DNA of 49,308 nucleotides, counting the filler, from Catajapyx aquilonaris (lineage: Eukaryota), in the NCBI GenBank assembly GCA_000934665.2. It is 3 parts of 3 records of this genome, joined end to end, with 100 filler letters (N's around TTAATTAATTAA, not from the genome) between each part and the next. Parts side by side here need not be neighbours in the genome. Positions count along the whole stretch, not along the records: positions 32,937 to 49,308 come from JYFJ02007220.1; 2 more parts are not named here. One strand, given 5' to 3'. This document shows positions 38,901-49,308 of the stretch, one piece after another. Within the stretch, counting starts at the first letter, position 1. Every line of letters starts with the position of its first letter. A program made the translations under genes and the position numbers. The notes under the pieces are model-generated. The model worked only from the letters and a program-made list of their open reading frames with translations, was not told where the DNA came from and made no database searches.

Positions 38901-41900
38901 ACTTTAGACCCTTCCATACGAAACATCAACCAAACCAGGGTTGCCTAGGGTGTTCTTCAACTTCCACATCGCTGGAAACCGGTATTACACAACATTGATG
39001 ACTTCATTGAAGGACTCGGAAAGTTTGAAGCTGCCATGTATTTCAGTCCCACGTTATTAAATAGTTGCGACTATTTTATTTACAGCACTCGAAGTTCATT
39101 TTAGGTTAATTGCAGCTTGAGACTTACAAGGGACACTTTCCAAGTGCCACCCACAGATTTTCTTGAAATTTGGCACATTGTTAGCCCACCCCAAGGGATG
39201 AAAAATGCACCTAAAGTAACTGCTCAAAATGATCCTGTGACCCCTTTTCGAGGGTGGCAAAGGTCAACTCGTAAATTTACGAAAACTCCTAATGACATTT
39301 TTTACAGCAACTTCAAGTAAATTTAATGAGAAATCATGACCTGGTGCACCATTAGACAGGAAATATTGTGAACTGTTTGTAATAGGGCCTATCAAGCAGT
39401 TAAAAGCCAGAATGTGCTGACAACCAAAACAAAAGGCATGGACAGGCCTATTTTTGGAACACTTCAGGATGATGTAAAATTGGTAGAAGAATTAACGTTG
39501 TCTTCTGTTGTTTTATCTGATGAGTTACACCAGGGGCGGATCCAGAAAGGACTTTTGTGGGAAGAACTATTTTGGGGGGAAAAAAAACACCTTCGTTTGC
39601 AAAACGCACAACGCGTTCTAGACTAAATTTAAAATGCCAAAAAGCGAATTTCGTGTTGGGACTATGGTTTTTTAGGGGGGAAACGAGTTTTTCTTTTCTT
39701 TTTTCTTTTTTCAGAGCCAAATTCTTTCCCCCCGTTTCCTCCCCGAAACCCCGGAATATTTTAGGAAAATTTGCACATTTTATTTACGTTCCAAATATTT
39801 TAAAATAATGAGATGAAATCTGTCCCATAAAATACTTCATTTTCTGCGATGTGCCAACTTGTACAAAAATGGAAAAACTAATCATCAATTCTGGATATCA
39901 CTATCACCTGCTATCACTAATGCTTGTGCCACCATTTTCTTTACTAGAATCAGCTTCTACTACAGTAGGAGTGCTGCAGGGTTTTTAAAATGAGTTTTAA
40001 AATGACTTCAACCATTAAAACAAAAAAAAATTTCACGTAATGTTTAATACATGGAGTTAGACTACCAGTTGTACATACTATTATTTTCCGAAGCATATTT
40101 TTGTGATATTCCCAACGAGTTTGTTGGGTAATTTGCCAGCTGTAATTATTATCTTGCATTTGCTGCATTTTTTCAGCATTTTCCTCTAAAGCAAATACCT
40201 GGTAAATGCCAATAAACTGGATGAATGTAATTTTTTGACAACTAAATTTTGAGAATGTTGATGAAAGGAAACCAAGCAGCAAGCAAACCAGTTGAAATTA
40301 TCAACTGTTTTTTGCTGATGAAAGTCACAATATGATTTGGCATGAAAACACTGATACTAAGGTACACTGTAATTCATGTACCGGCTCGTGTACCGGCTCG
40401 GAGCCGGTATTTCGCGATCGCAAAATACCGCCTGGGTACTGGCTGATGTCCTGGCAATGTCCTGGCTGATGTCCTAGCTAGCAACCGGTACATGTTGTAA
40501 CCATCCGCATTGAGCAAAAAAGATGAAATGTCAATAGGGTACACTATTTTCGATATGTGACATCCCATCATCCAAGTACAGGCACTTTTCATAAAACACT
40601 TAAGGTGCGTTTACATGTGAGCGATTTGACGAGCGAAGTCTTCACCGAGCAGTAACATTCTGAGTAACCCAAATAACCAGTAATGTTTGATACGAAAATC
40701 GATCGTTACTTTCACCTCAAACAATATTGGTTACTTCGCTTGGGAAAGGCTTCGCTCCGCTTGTCAAATTGCTCACATGTAAAAGCATCTTTAGGGTAGG
40801 CTTTTTAGCCAGTGAAAAATATCAAAGTATCTCAAAAGATTCTACCAAATCACTACAATATGGAGTCTTTTGTCCTAGACATTTACAAAACACTCCCACT
40901 GAAAACACTGCTGATGTAGTCCTTGGATGGAGTCCTTCGTGGAATGCTCCACAAAAAAGCCAGAATCAAATTTAGTGTCGTTCATTTTCTTCAATTTATT
41001 ATTTTATGGTATGAATATTAATAATTTGACATTTCTGAACAGTGGGATATTTTTTTATTTTTTATTTATTTTTTATTTTACGTACCCCTTGATGGCCCTC
41101 TATGGGCCTTTTGGGGGGTGGCAGACCACCATACAGTTTTCTATTAACTTCAATCTCCGTGCAAGGAATACTAGGATATGGGGTAGGGAAAGGGATTGTT
41201 GGGGAGGGGACACTTGTGCAGGTGCATTGTCCTATGGCTTTTGGGCCATGTGCAGTCCCTCAGGAGGTTAGGTTGCCAGACACCTCCTTGGTGCAGGTCA
41301 GAGACCCTCCAGAAGCAGGTGAAAGGAAAGTTCCCCAGGCGGGGATCGAACCTGGGGACTTTCACTCAGCAAGCCGTGACGTTACCATCACGGCCACCAC
41401 ACCTCCTCGAACAGTGGGATATAAAACAACTGGAGTGCATAAAAAGTCCACAAAATTGTGAAAAAAGTAAACATGTTTGGAGAAAAACCCATTTTTCCCA
41501 AGAGAGTGGTCTTTTCCCGGGAAAAACCCATTTTTTCCGGCAGTCAAAATTTCCAGTTTTTTTTACAACACGAGTTGAAACTTGTTAGGAACATGAAATT
41601 AATCTATTGTTGTTTGGCAAATTGTTCCAAAGAAAGACAGAAATGAATTTTTCATAGTTAGAAAAATAAGTGGTTTGTTTGAAATCTGAGTCATGGGCTC
41701 ATTGGGGGAGGGGGGGGGGGGNTATCCCGTGTATTCTTCGCCCCTGGTTACTCTATCTCACTATAAGTGGCACCAGCCACAAGTTTGAACCATGCCAAGA
41801 GATCCCGGCTAGCAACGTTCACATACCATATTTTTAAATGTCAATATGGAATGTGCAACACGAAAAAAAGGCATAAAAAGGCTTTCGTACTTGACAAAAC

Positions 41901-42889
41901 TGACTTGTGAAACAAAAAACATCAATAAAACAGAAAATTTATAAAGACAGAATGGTTAAATTAAAATTCAATTGAAATTACAGACATTACACTGTAGAAC
42001 GTAACACAACGTAATAAATCACAAAATGTGAGACACCCACAGTCTAAGTAAACTGACCAGCTAAATTAATGAAATAAACCAAGGCCATTTATGCAGCGGC
42101 AATGCACTCAAATCCATGACATGAAAGAACATGCACACCTTGCCTAAATAGTCAAAAATGGAATTTGGGAATTTTCAGAAACAAGTGTTCACCTCTGTCC
42201 CCTCGTAAAGGGGTTACAAGGTCATTTTGAGCAGGGAACTTTGGGTGCGTTTTTCATCCCCTGGGGTGGACTAACAATGCACCAAACTTCAAGAAAATCT
42301 GTCAGTGGCACTTGCAATGGTGTCACTTGTCATCAGCCTAACCTCTGTGTAATGCAATAATCGTTTTGCATACCAACTTCTCATCAAGGGGTATCGGAGA
42401 ATGCCTTTCTGGAACCTTCCACTCTTTCAATTTTCCATGGTTGCTTGAGGCCATCTACATGAAATTGAAGATTTGAAAAAGTAGGAGGTTCTGTTGACTA
42501 ACCGTTGCGTTGGTAGCAAAACGATTGTGTCACACAATGGTTAGGCTGAGTCCCCTACACGGCTACACTTAAATGATGACTAGCACTAATTGGTCATTGA
42601 ATCGGTTGGAGAAACCAGGCACCTGACGGTTAATCTGAGGTGCCACCAATTTCCTTGGACCCGGTGGTTTTGCCCCAGGATGCGACATCCCTTCCCTCCC
42701 TCCCTGGTCCTATACCCTCACCTGCTTCCCGTTGAATATAAGACGTTGCAAGTCGGTAGGAATGTTCAGCTTCTTCTGGACCAGCCTTCTTAAGTCTTCA
42801 ACGGTCGTGAGCTTGGACAGCTTGGTCAGCTTGGAGCTGACCAGCATGGTTTTGTTCCCATCGGCGGTGCACACATTCAAGTAGGTCAT
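32937..42889 (-). CDS. UHRF1: E3 ubiquitin ligase UHRF1-like, 5' part (UBL, tandem Tudor, PHD); truncated by contig end before SRA/RING
   Basis: Exons 42889-42722, 35941-35786, 34961-34747, 34597-34085 and 32972-32937 (partial); all GT-AG and phase-compatible. Translation matches UHRF1 motifs in order: LSKLTTVEDLR...LQRLIFNGKQ|LEDGHELYEYGVNINNTIQL; YKIGDKVDCRDRSSGAWYE...IYYTKFDTY; VRPR...ANYNVVEPEKWGFWYE; CKACKD...CRKCGCKAC...QLLCDECDDPYHIYCLNPPL...DDWYCPKCKND. Confidence 0.92.
33203..33610. mobile_element. hAT-type MITE in UHRF1-like intron 4
   Basis: TIRs caggcccggattt / aaatacggccctg; 8-bp TSD tccccaat / tccacaat (1 mismatch). Confidence 0.7.
34085..34597 (-). CDS. UHRF1: UHRF1-like exon 4 (second Tudor + PHD finger)
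   Basis: 513-nt phase 2-2 exon, tttttcag| ... |gtgagt; contains GFWYE and the PHD cysteine pattern. Confidence 0.92.
34747..34961 (-). CDS. UHRF1: UHRF1-like exon 3 (first Tudor domain)
   Basis: 215 nt, DDSEDEESGEDCDSEYYKIGDKVDCRDRSSGAWYEGVVV...DGCIYYTKFDT, ending |gtaagt. Confidence 0.9.
35162..35342. mobile_element. Single-arm derivative of the MITE at 37041-37733
   Basis: Matches the left arm (atccaactttatcgccccaacagttat...ttaggtccaatgcc) and ends tcaccctg-TA. Confidence 0.7.
35786..35941 (-). CDS. UHRF1: UHRF1-like exon 2 (C-terminal part of UBL)
   Basis: 156 nt, ttttgcag|LEDGHELYEYGVNINNTIQLAIRQ...EENK|gtgagg. Confidence 0.9.
37041..37733. mobile_element. Tc1/mariner-type MITE with long inverted arms
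   Basis: TA-cagggtaatccaactttatcgccccaacagttattg ... caataactgttggggcgataaagttgaatcaccctg-TA. Confidence 0.85.
37188..37323. mobile_element. PIF/Harbinger-type MITE nested in 37041-37733
   Basis: Near-perfect palindrome gggccgttttctcgaacagtggttcaaatgtaaacc...; TTA TSD. The empty site ccaattaatg is seen in the related copy at ~35302. Confidence 0.88.
38373..39017 (+). pseudogene. mariner transposase pseudogene (internal deletion, frameshifts)
   Basis: MFSKFKQRCWLKIE; EACGERALLYRQVARWAKAFRQGRQNVTDEPW (mariner HTH and degenerate GRP); ILQGNAR (HDNA motif); WEVLYQPPQLPD..CDF (YSPDL motif); KMKEPL..IRF. The WVPHEL/DETW region is missing. Confidence 0.85.
40603..40790. mobile_element. PIF/Harbinger-type MITE
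   Basis: TIR aggtgcgtttacatgtgagcgatttgac / gtcaaattgctcacatgtaaaagcatct; TTA TSD on both sides; related fragment at ~35066. Confidence 0.75.
41051..41408 (-). mobile_element. tRNA-derived SINE (head B, no Deu/Nin-like body, tail type 2)
   Basis: Minus strand: A-box gtggccgtgatggt, B-box caggttcgatcccc, 3' half shared with the SINE at 8388, A-rich tail. 14-bp TSD gaacagtgggatat at 41037-41050 and 41409-41422. Confidence 0.85.
42335..42547. mobile_element. Small MITE
   Basis: agcctaacc..tgtgt..aatcgttttgc.taccaac mirrors gttggtagcaaaacgatt..acaca..ggttaggct. Confidence 0.55.
42722..42889 (-). CDS. UHRF1: UHRF1-like coding exon 1 (N-terminal part of UBL)
   Basis: 56 codons MTYLNVCTADG...QRLIFNGKQ|gtgagg. 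Confidence 0.88.
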
Positions 42890-45800
42890 CTTGCCCTGGG
42901 TATGGGACGTGCGGTCCGTCGGCTCGCACCGAAGCGGCAGAGCTCGACTTGTCCTAGCCCTACGCACTCTGGCTGAAGCCAACTTCCCAAGTCCCAACTG
43001 GCCAAGTCTGCCGCCAACAAAGCCATGTCATAATCGGCAACAGGTGGCGGCACAGGTGGCAACGCTGTAGTGGGAGTGGTTCCAAATAACGGCTTTATTT
43101 GAGTAGCGTAGCTGTGATATGAAAGACGTTCTCCACTTGTGATATGTCAAGCTGCTGGCTTCAGAAAGCCCCCAATTTTAATGCCAAACCTCCTAGTTAT
43201 GCCAATAGTCCAATACAGTCTGTGATAAAAACTACTATTTCCTCAAACAAATCCCCGATAATGGTGCCGATTAGAACCTAATATTGAGTAGCTATATCGA
43301 GCATGACCATAGCACTACTCGCACGGCCTTGTAGCCATTGGTAAAGTATATTGCGTGTTACTGTCTATGGAAACAACTGATCAATAACAAGTGATAACAA
43401 TCAATCATGGAAATCCGTTGCCGGCATCCCGGCACTGGTCCAGAACGGGTCCGGCATTGAAATGGGACAAGCATGAATGCCATGGACAAACAAACAAACT
43501 TTCCATTATATACGGTACCGTATCGGTACCGTCATTTATGTAAGATGTAAGATTTATTTATTTATTTATATTTTGGAGTTGTTTCAACTAGCTGTATAGT
43601 CGGCCAGCAGTGATCAGTCTGGGTCAGACGATGATGAACTGCTTTTGTTTCATCAGTTTTGATGTGGCGCCTTGAAGGTTGAGAAGACAGGAAGTTCGAG
43701 TCTAGCCACCTGGAGTTTCTGATGCAACGTGCACATGTGTATGCCTGAGTAGGTGGTGGTAGGATGGTTCCCAAGCCCCTCACCGCCTTTGATAAGGAGG
43801 ACGCCCTCCTTTGTGTGAGGTACAGTACACACACACACATATGTAAATAAAAAAATGTAGTGGATTTCAGCTACATGTCGAGTGATTTTTAGAGGCGGAT
43901 TGTCTTTGACTTTTTTATTATTTCCGATTACGTGTTTGTCCTGTATTCACTCATATCTAGCAGTCTAGGATTTAATTATTCGAACACCAGTGACTCAACG
44001 TGAGATAATAACCCAACAAGTACGGCATTACAACAATTTTGGTCCAAATCTGTTCTTAGATGCCAGCTAGAGACCAACCAGAGACGATTCCATTATGTAT
44101 AGAGGTGACCTGACCAACTGATCCCGCTCTATTCAATAATAATTTTTCATTTCACATTAATTTTTATAAAACCATTTTTAAGTTGTGCCCGGTTGTCATT
44201 TTTCCACTTGAGACAGTTTTCTCCGCGATATTTTTACCTGTGAAGATTTTATTACCGGTATATTATAATATAGCTACATAATAAACACCTCTAGCCTACT
44301 ATTAGCATTCTTCAGATGTTTTGCAGCATCGGTTTTGATCTGGCATCGGCGCCTTGTGGGTGGACATAACAGGAAGTTTTAGGCGAGCTACCTGGGGTTG
44401 CGACAAGGGTTGCGAAAGCCACTTAATTGGGTCAACATAATTATGTGTGGGAGGGGGTCCTATAGTCGGCGCGCCCAGGAAGGAAAAAACCCTGCAATGG
44501 ATTTCGTGTCATTTTGCAGTCGAGTTGTCAGATACGCAAAAGGAACCCTTAACACGATTCCATATCCACGATTTTTTATTTTTATTTTTTTAAATCCCAT
44601 TTTTCATCTGTACACAGTACACTGTACTTGACATTTCTTCCATTCGAGCGAACGAGGACTCCATGACCCGGCTTGACCCTAACAGAAAATTTGGGAAAAC
44701 CTTGGGGAAAACGCACGTGTCTGTGACTCGGAGCAGACTTTTCCAGTGCTGCTTTGTTTTTGTCGACATCTGGCTGCCAGAGCATCCTGGTATGGCTGTT
44801 TCCCACTGCGCGGCTTTGTCCTTGAACAGGATGGACCCATGGTTGTGTAGTGAGATGCCCACGTGTGCTGGATTTCAGCTCTGTATCGACTGTTGAGTGA
44901 TTTCTGTGTAGATCATTAATTAAAAAGTGAACTTTACTGGGAACTGAATGGATAAATAAATTGCATGGCAGTTTAATCCTGGGAATTACATCAGGGAAGT
45001 TGCATCAAGAAATTAGGTCTAACTACTACTTGCCTAATTACGTTGACACGTTGCCATACAATTATATGCATAATCACAAATGGACGTGAATGCATCCTCA
45101 TTGCACATAATTGAACGTAATGACAGGTATGACAAAAATGTATGGCTATGTCAGAACTCTGGAGTCATCAATCAGCTCAAGCCCACAACCCCCCACTCCC
45201 CAGCAATGGACAATTGGGCGAAAGGACGAAGAAAAAACTCCTCGGTCGACACTTGACACCCCCGGTGTAGACTGCTTTTATCTGTGATTAATGCCACCAC
45301 CAACAAATATTACCACATACCACCTCCAACTCTTAACCCAGCCAAAATGTGCCTTACAATGATACCATTCGGTACAGGTACAAGGCCGAAAATTATGGAA
45401 TAATTTGAATGTTGCATTACGTCTTGTGGGATTGTTTTATTTAATTTTCCAACAGTGGGCTCTAGCAGAAAAATTCTTTCTAGTGTCGTGGAATGTGTTA
45501 CCAAAATATGACTGCAAATCTGGGCTTTGCGGGGCTGTTGCTAACCGGATATGCAACAATGAGTAGCCTGCAATAACCCGGATCAAGATGTCACCGGTCA
45601 GGGCAAACATTCCTTTTTCCCACAGGCCACGTGTCCATTATTGTCGTTGTGAATGGCGGAACCCCTCACAATCAGCAGGTAGCTAATCCTAAAAGGTAGA
45701 AGCTTATGGTCCTTCCAGGTAGGTTGCAGGTGGTCTATTGAAAATGGGGATGGCCCCATGTTTGCCCCGTGGGCAAGAGGACTTCCTGTCCTGTATTTGA

Positions 45801-47275
45801 AAGCCAAACTGTTGTTGCACGCATTCCTACAGGATCTGGTTTATTGACCACTAACCTTTTGTGAGCCTCCGAAACCATGGCGTCTTTTGGACCCTTCTCT
45901 CCAGGAAGGCCCATTCAAATTTATTTGAGGATTTTCTTGTCTGTGATGAAACCCCACGCCATGTCCCAAAAGGTCACACTCGGCGCATAGCACAAGTGTA
46001 TAGGCGCCCATAACAAAAAGAAGGATCCTTTCTTTATATTTAGGGGCTCTATGGGCGTCTATGGGTCAATTTGGGTATGCCTTTAGGGATACGGCTTGGG
46101 TGGCGCCGACGAGACGGCTGATGTCAATTGCAGGTGCTTCTGGAAAGGGTTAATCTCTTCAAACTGGGCGGGGAACTTCCCGAGACATGGGGACACAAGG
46201 TCCGTCAAAAGAGTGTGAATTGCCTCGGCTCTCAGTTGGCTGAAAGTGGTCATATTGACATTTTAACGAGCTTTTAAAGAGTTTTTAATAGGCATTCATT
46301 GGATCCCGATAGGCATAGCTATAGGCGGCGGGCTTTTAAGCGGTCTTTTACAGGCCATAAAATTTTAAGGCGCCTTTTTTGTTCATTCGAGAGCGTGCCG
46401 TTCATCATCTAATTGTCGCTGGGGATGTCACAATTATTGTTAAAATAATAATGCATCATTACAGTAGCTATCGGGTAATGTAAGGCTGGAATATGACTGT
46501 AGTATCTGAAAAATATTTCGCGTCTGATAGTCCTATAATAAAATGTATGTTGTTGTGGTTGATAGATCATCTCGGATTTTGGGGAAAGAAATCACAGCTG
46601 TATACACACCCCTATTCCCTAACGCTAAATATCAAGTTTCAGCTGGTTTCAGCCATATTTCGCAATGCCCTGGGGAGGGCCCGCTCCCGAAATTTTGGAA
46701 GAGGCTACTAGAAATGAGCCCTTTCTGGAGAATTTTTTCGGTTAGTGAAAATGGTCAAAACGAAGAGTTTTGGTCTGCAAAAGTCGGTTGTCATTAACGT
46801 TAGATGGTAATGATGGTTCCAATGGACCATTCACAACAAGAAATTCATTGAAATTCATACCTAGGATGGATGATTAAATTAGGCATAATATTAGCAACTA
46901 ATAACATTTTGCCACTAAAAGTAACTGCCGGGGTCCTATCCTTGGTGTGTAATTTGGGTTTGTACACAAATAGCTCAACCATACAATCATACATGTATAA
47001 ACAAGCAATAACTATACACTCTAATTTCATTTTATGAAAATGCCACAGATGAGTAGTGTGACTCTGACCTACAAGGCCAGAGAAATCAGAGCCTCTTGTC
47101 ATTACTTATTACCACACAGATAAGATTTTTTTTAACACTTATCAATTATCAATGAGCCCAAATAAGGCCCAAGATGTGACATAAGTGCACACTGGACTTA
47201 TTGGCTAAATAAGCAAACCTGAGTGTTTCTTCCTTTTTGGATCACCTTGTTTGTTGTTTGTTATGGGCATTTTTG

Positions 47276-47691
47276 CGGTAACGAACCAAGGTTCGGACGA
47301 TTTTTTTCAACTTTCATTGTGATTTTCCATGCTTGTGGTAAACCTTTGGGAATACTTTTTTTTTCTATTGAGTTCCAGGTACAGAGGGCTGAATTTTGCC
47401 ACAAATCCGACACAAAATATATCATTCGATAGCGCCCGAGGACGGCGAGGAGCGAGAACAAACACGGTAACGAACCAAAGTTTCGAGGACACGCATTTCT
47501 GCACCGGGTTACATTGCGTAATAACTCTGCGAATTCTAAGTGGTTTTGATGGCAGTATATAGAGATGCTCTAGAGAAGAAAAGTTGTGAGGAATCCATTG
47601 GTCACCTTGCCGTACCGGTATCTGCTTTTCTTTGCATCGTAGCGCAACAAAACTCTCGGTAACGAGCCAAGAAAAAAAGTAACGAACCAAG
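47276..47691 (+). repeat. Dispersed direct motif (cg)gtaacgaaccaa x4
   Basis: Copies at 47276, 47465, 47657 (1 mismatch) and 47679. Confidence 0.7.
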
Positions 47692-48196
47692 GCGTGCGAT
47701 TTTCCACCGTTCAGAACCTTTTCACGGGTAGTATTAATTTGTGAGCTGTTTTACCACTTCAGGGCGTACATAATTAAAACGAGACACATCATGACACTGA
47801 CCAGTCATCAGAGGATTCTCGTGTATTGGTCGATTGAGATGGCTGGGTCGTATGACCTGGTCATCGCTGACTATACCTCATCATGGGACTATGCCGTGCT
47901 GATTGTGTATGTTGGATGTAACCCGGTATATGAAAAGGGTGCTGCCTGCCTACACACCAGTCTTTGGGGACCAGGCAGACACAGACACAGACACATCAAT
48001 GAAGTTATGAACTAAGTAGAGGGGAAAACATTTTAATAATGGTTTATTCAAATACTTATAACAACAAAATTACAATTTGGCTCGTATGTACAAAAATCAT
48101 CTCGGGCAGTGAAAGACAAGGACGTTCATCAGTACCACAGACACGTTACCATTTGAAATAATTAAAAGAATAGACCACTTGATATTATATGATTAC

Positions 48197-48478
48197 ACCG
48201 AAGCAGGTTGGCATAGTAGATAAGGCGTCCGACTGCTAATCGGGAGGTCCTGGGTTCGAATCCCGGGACCGGCAACTCTAACCGTGGTTTTCTGTGGTTT
48301 CCCACGGTCCTTCCAGGGAAATTCCGGAGTTGCTTCCGTAATTAATAGGCCACAGCCGCTTCCTTCCGTCCCTATCCTATCCCAAAGAGCACAGTAAAAT
48401 GAAAAGCAAATAGTTGCAGGCAAAACAAACTTCCCCCCTAAAGAGCCGATGGCTGATAACGGGGTATGAATTATTATT
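48197..48478 (+). mobile_element. tRNA-derived SINE (head A, Deu/Nin-like body, tail type 3)
   Basis: accgaagcaggttggcatagtag...gactgctaatcgggaggtcctgggttcgaatccc head, the same body as the 8388 copy, (TTA)n end. 16-bp TSD atattatatgattaca at 48182-48197 and 48479-48494. Confidence 0.9.
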
Positions 48479-49308
48479 ATATTATATGATTACATGAAAA
48501 TAAACTCTTAGAGATGACTGACTTTCATTTCATTAACACAAGAAATTCAATAGCAGTGAACAGGGTGAATTCATTCTCTCCACAGTCCATCTCTTCCCCC
48601 ATTCTGACGCTGATATAAAAAGTGGGAGGCTCTCATGACTGAGAAGAATCAAAGACTAGCTGCCACCACCTGCCACCTGCCACGTACCTTGACCGCTAGA
48701 GACAATTAACTTCCGGACCACCCATCTTGCAGTGGCATTGTAAATAGAGGCAACTGTTTATAACATGAAGGATTCGTGAAAATTTGTTTTCAGCATCATA
48801 AATAAGAACCATTGAAGAGCTGCATCTCTCCCCCCTTCCTCCCAATAAAATCGGCGGTAGCATCAGGACATATCCGGATAACACATCGCGCCAATTTGAT
48901 TTGTAACTTTTTTACATTGAATTTGAAATCAGAGCCCTCTAAAGCCGCCGCACAGTAGTCTGAATGGCGAAAAACGTAATCAAAAATATATTTTTGACTA
49001 TCATTGTTGGAACTTGAGTTGTACATTAGATGAAAGTGATAGGTTTGTGTATGTGGGCCAAGTTGTGTGACCATATCTTTTGTATTAAAGGTACCACAGG
49101 GTATCCAGTACAGCGAAAAAGGCATATTTTACAACTGGGCAAAATTGCTAGAAATATGCGTACATTTGCGATTAATTTACTCAGTTATGCAGTATTATTA
49201 AGGAAAACGAAGTAGGGGAGACTGGGGCACAGTGGACCACTTTTGCACATTTGAATTTTTATATACCTACCTGTTATACCTACACACCCCATATTTTCAG
49301 GCATGGTG

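Larger units (their letters stand above)
36183..39091 (+). mobile_element. Decayed mariner element carrying nested insertions
   Basis: TIRs TA-caagggctgtaaataaaatagtggca (36183) and ttgcgactattttatttacagcactcg (ending 39091). An internal inverted pair 36235-36266 / 38229-38262 is separated by ~1.9 kb of later insertions. A transposase remnant lies downstream. Confidence 0.7.
39127..42334. repeat. Inverted ~140-bp repeat pair (39127-39265 and 42190-42334), probably termini of an old DNA transposon
   Basis: acaagggacac..caagtgccac..cagattttcttgaaatttgg..ttagcccaccccaagggatgaaaaatgcacc.. is matched in reverse complement at 42190-42334. Confidence 0.6.

Noticed and set aside
24342..42889. A 'ubiquitin-ligase supercluster' of LRR adaptors plus UHRF1
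   Set aside because: The two loci are separated by an artificial contig linker.
43560..46200. GC-richer patches with short ORFs (43653-43838, 44590-44862, 45598-45807) as exons of a neighbouring gene
   Set aside because: Could not build a consistent spliced frame or recognise any protein family.
49213..49308. Possible left end of a pogo/Tc1-type element (taggggagactggggcac...)
   Set aside because: No partner TIR within the window; cannot be supported.

Overview
Animal (most likely arthropod, non-dipteran) nuclear DNA, not prokaryotic. The window consists of three segments of almost equal length (1-16370, 16471-32836, 32937-49308) joined by artificial 100-bp linkers (44 N + TTAATTAATTAA + 44 N), so neighbourhood across the linkers is probably not biological. 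Segment 1 has no recognisable coding exon. It is intron-like DNA with SINEs, MITEs, a non-autonomous Helitron and a consensus recursive-splice (ratchet) site. Segment 2 has a TE-poor non-coding stretch followed by three tandem paralogous genes with uninterrupted spliced reading frames and shared exon structure. They encode ~500-aa leucine-rich-repeat proteins with an N-terminal BC-box + Cul2-box (VHL-box), i.e. candidate CRL2 E3-ligase substrate receptors; the 5' end of gene 1 is unresolved and gene 3 uses a GC-AG intron. Segment 3 carries the 5' half of a UHRF1-like gene on the minus strand (UBL, tandem Tudor and PHD; SRA/RING lie beyond the contig end). Its 6.8-kb first intron holds a decayed mariner with nested MITEs. 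Four tRNA-derived SINE copies with clean TSDs show head/body/tail module swapping. All calls come from reading the sequence by eye; no database search was run.
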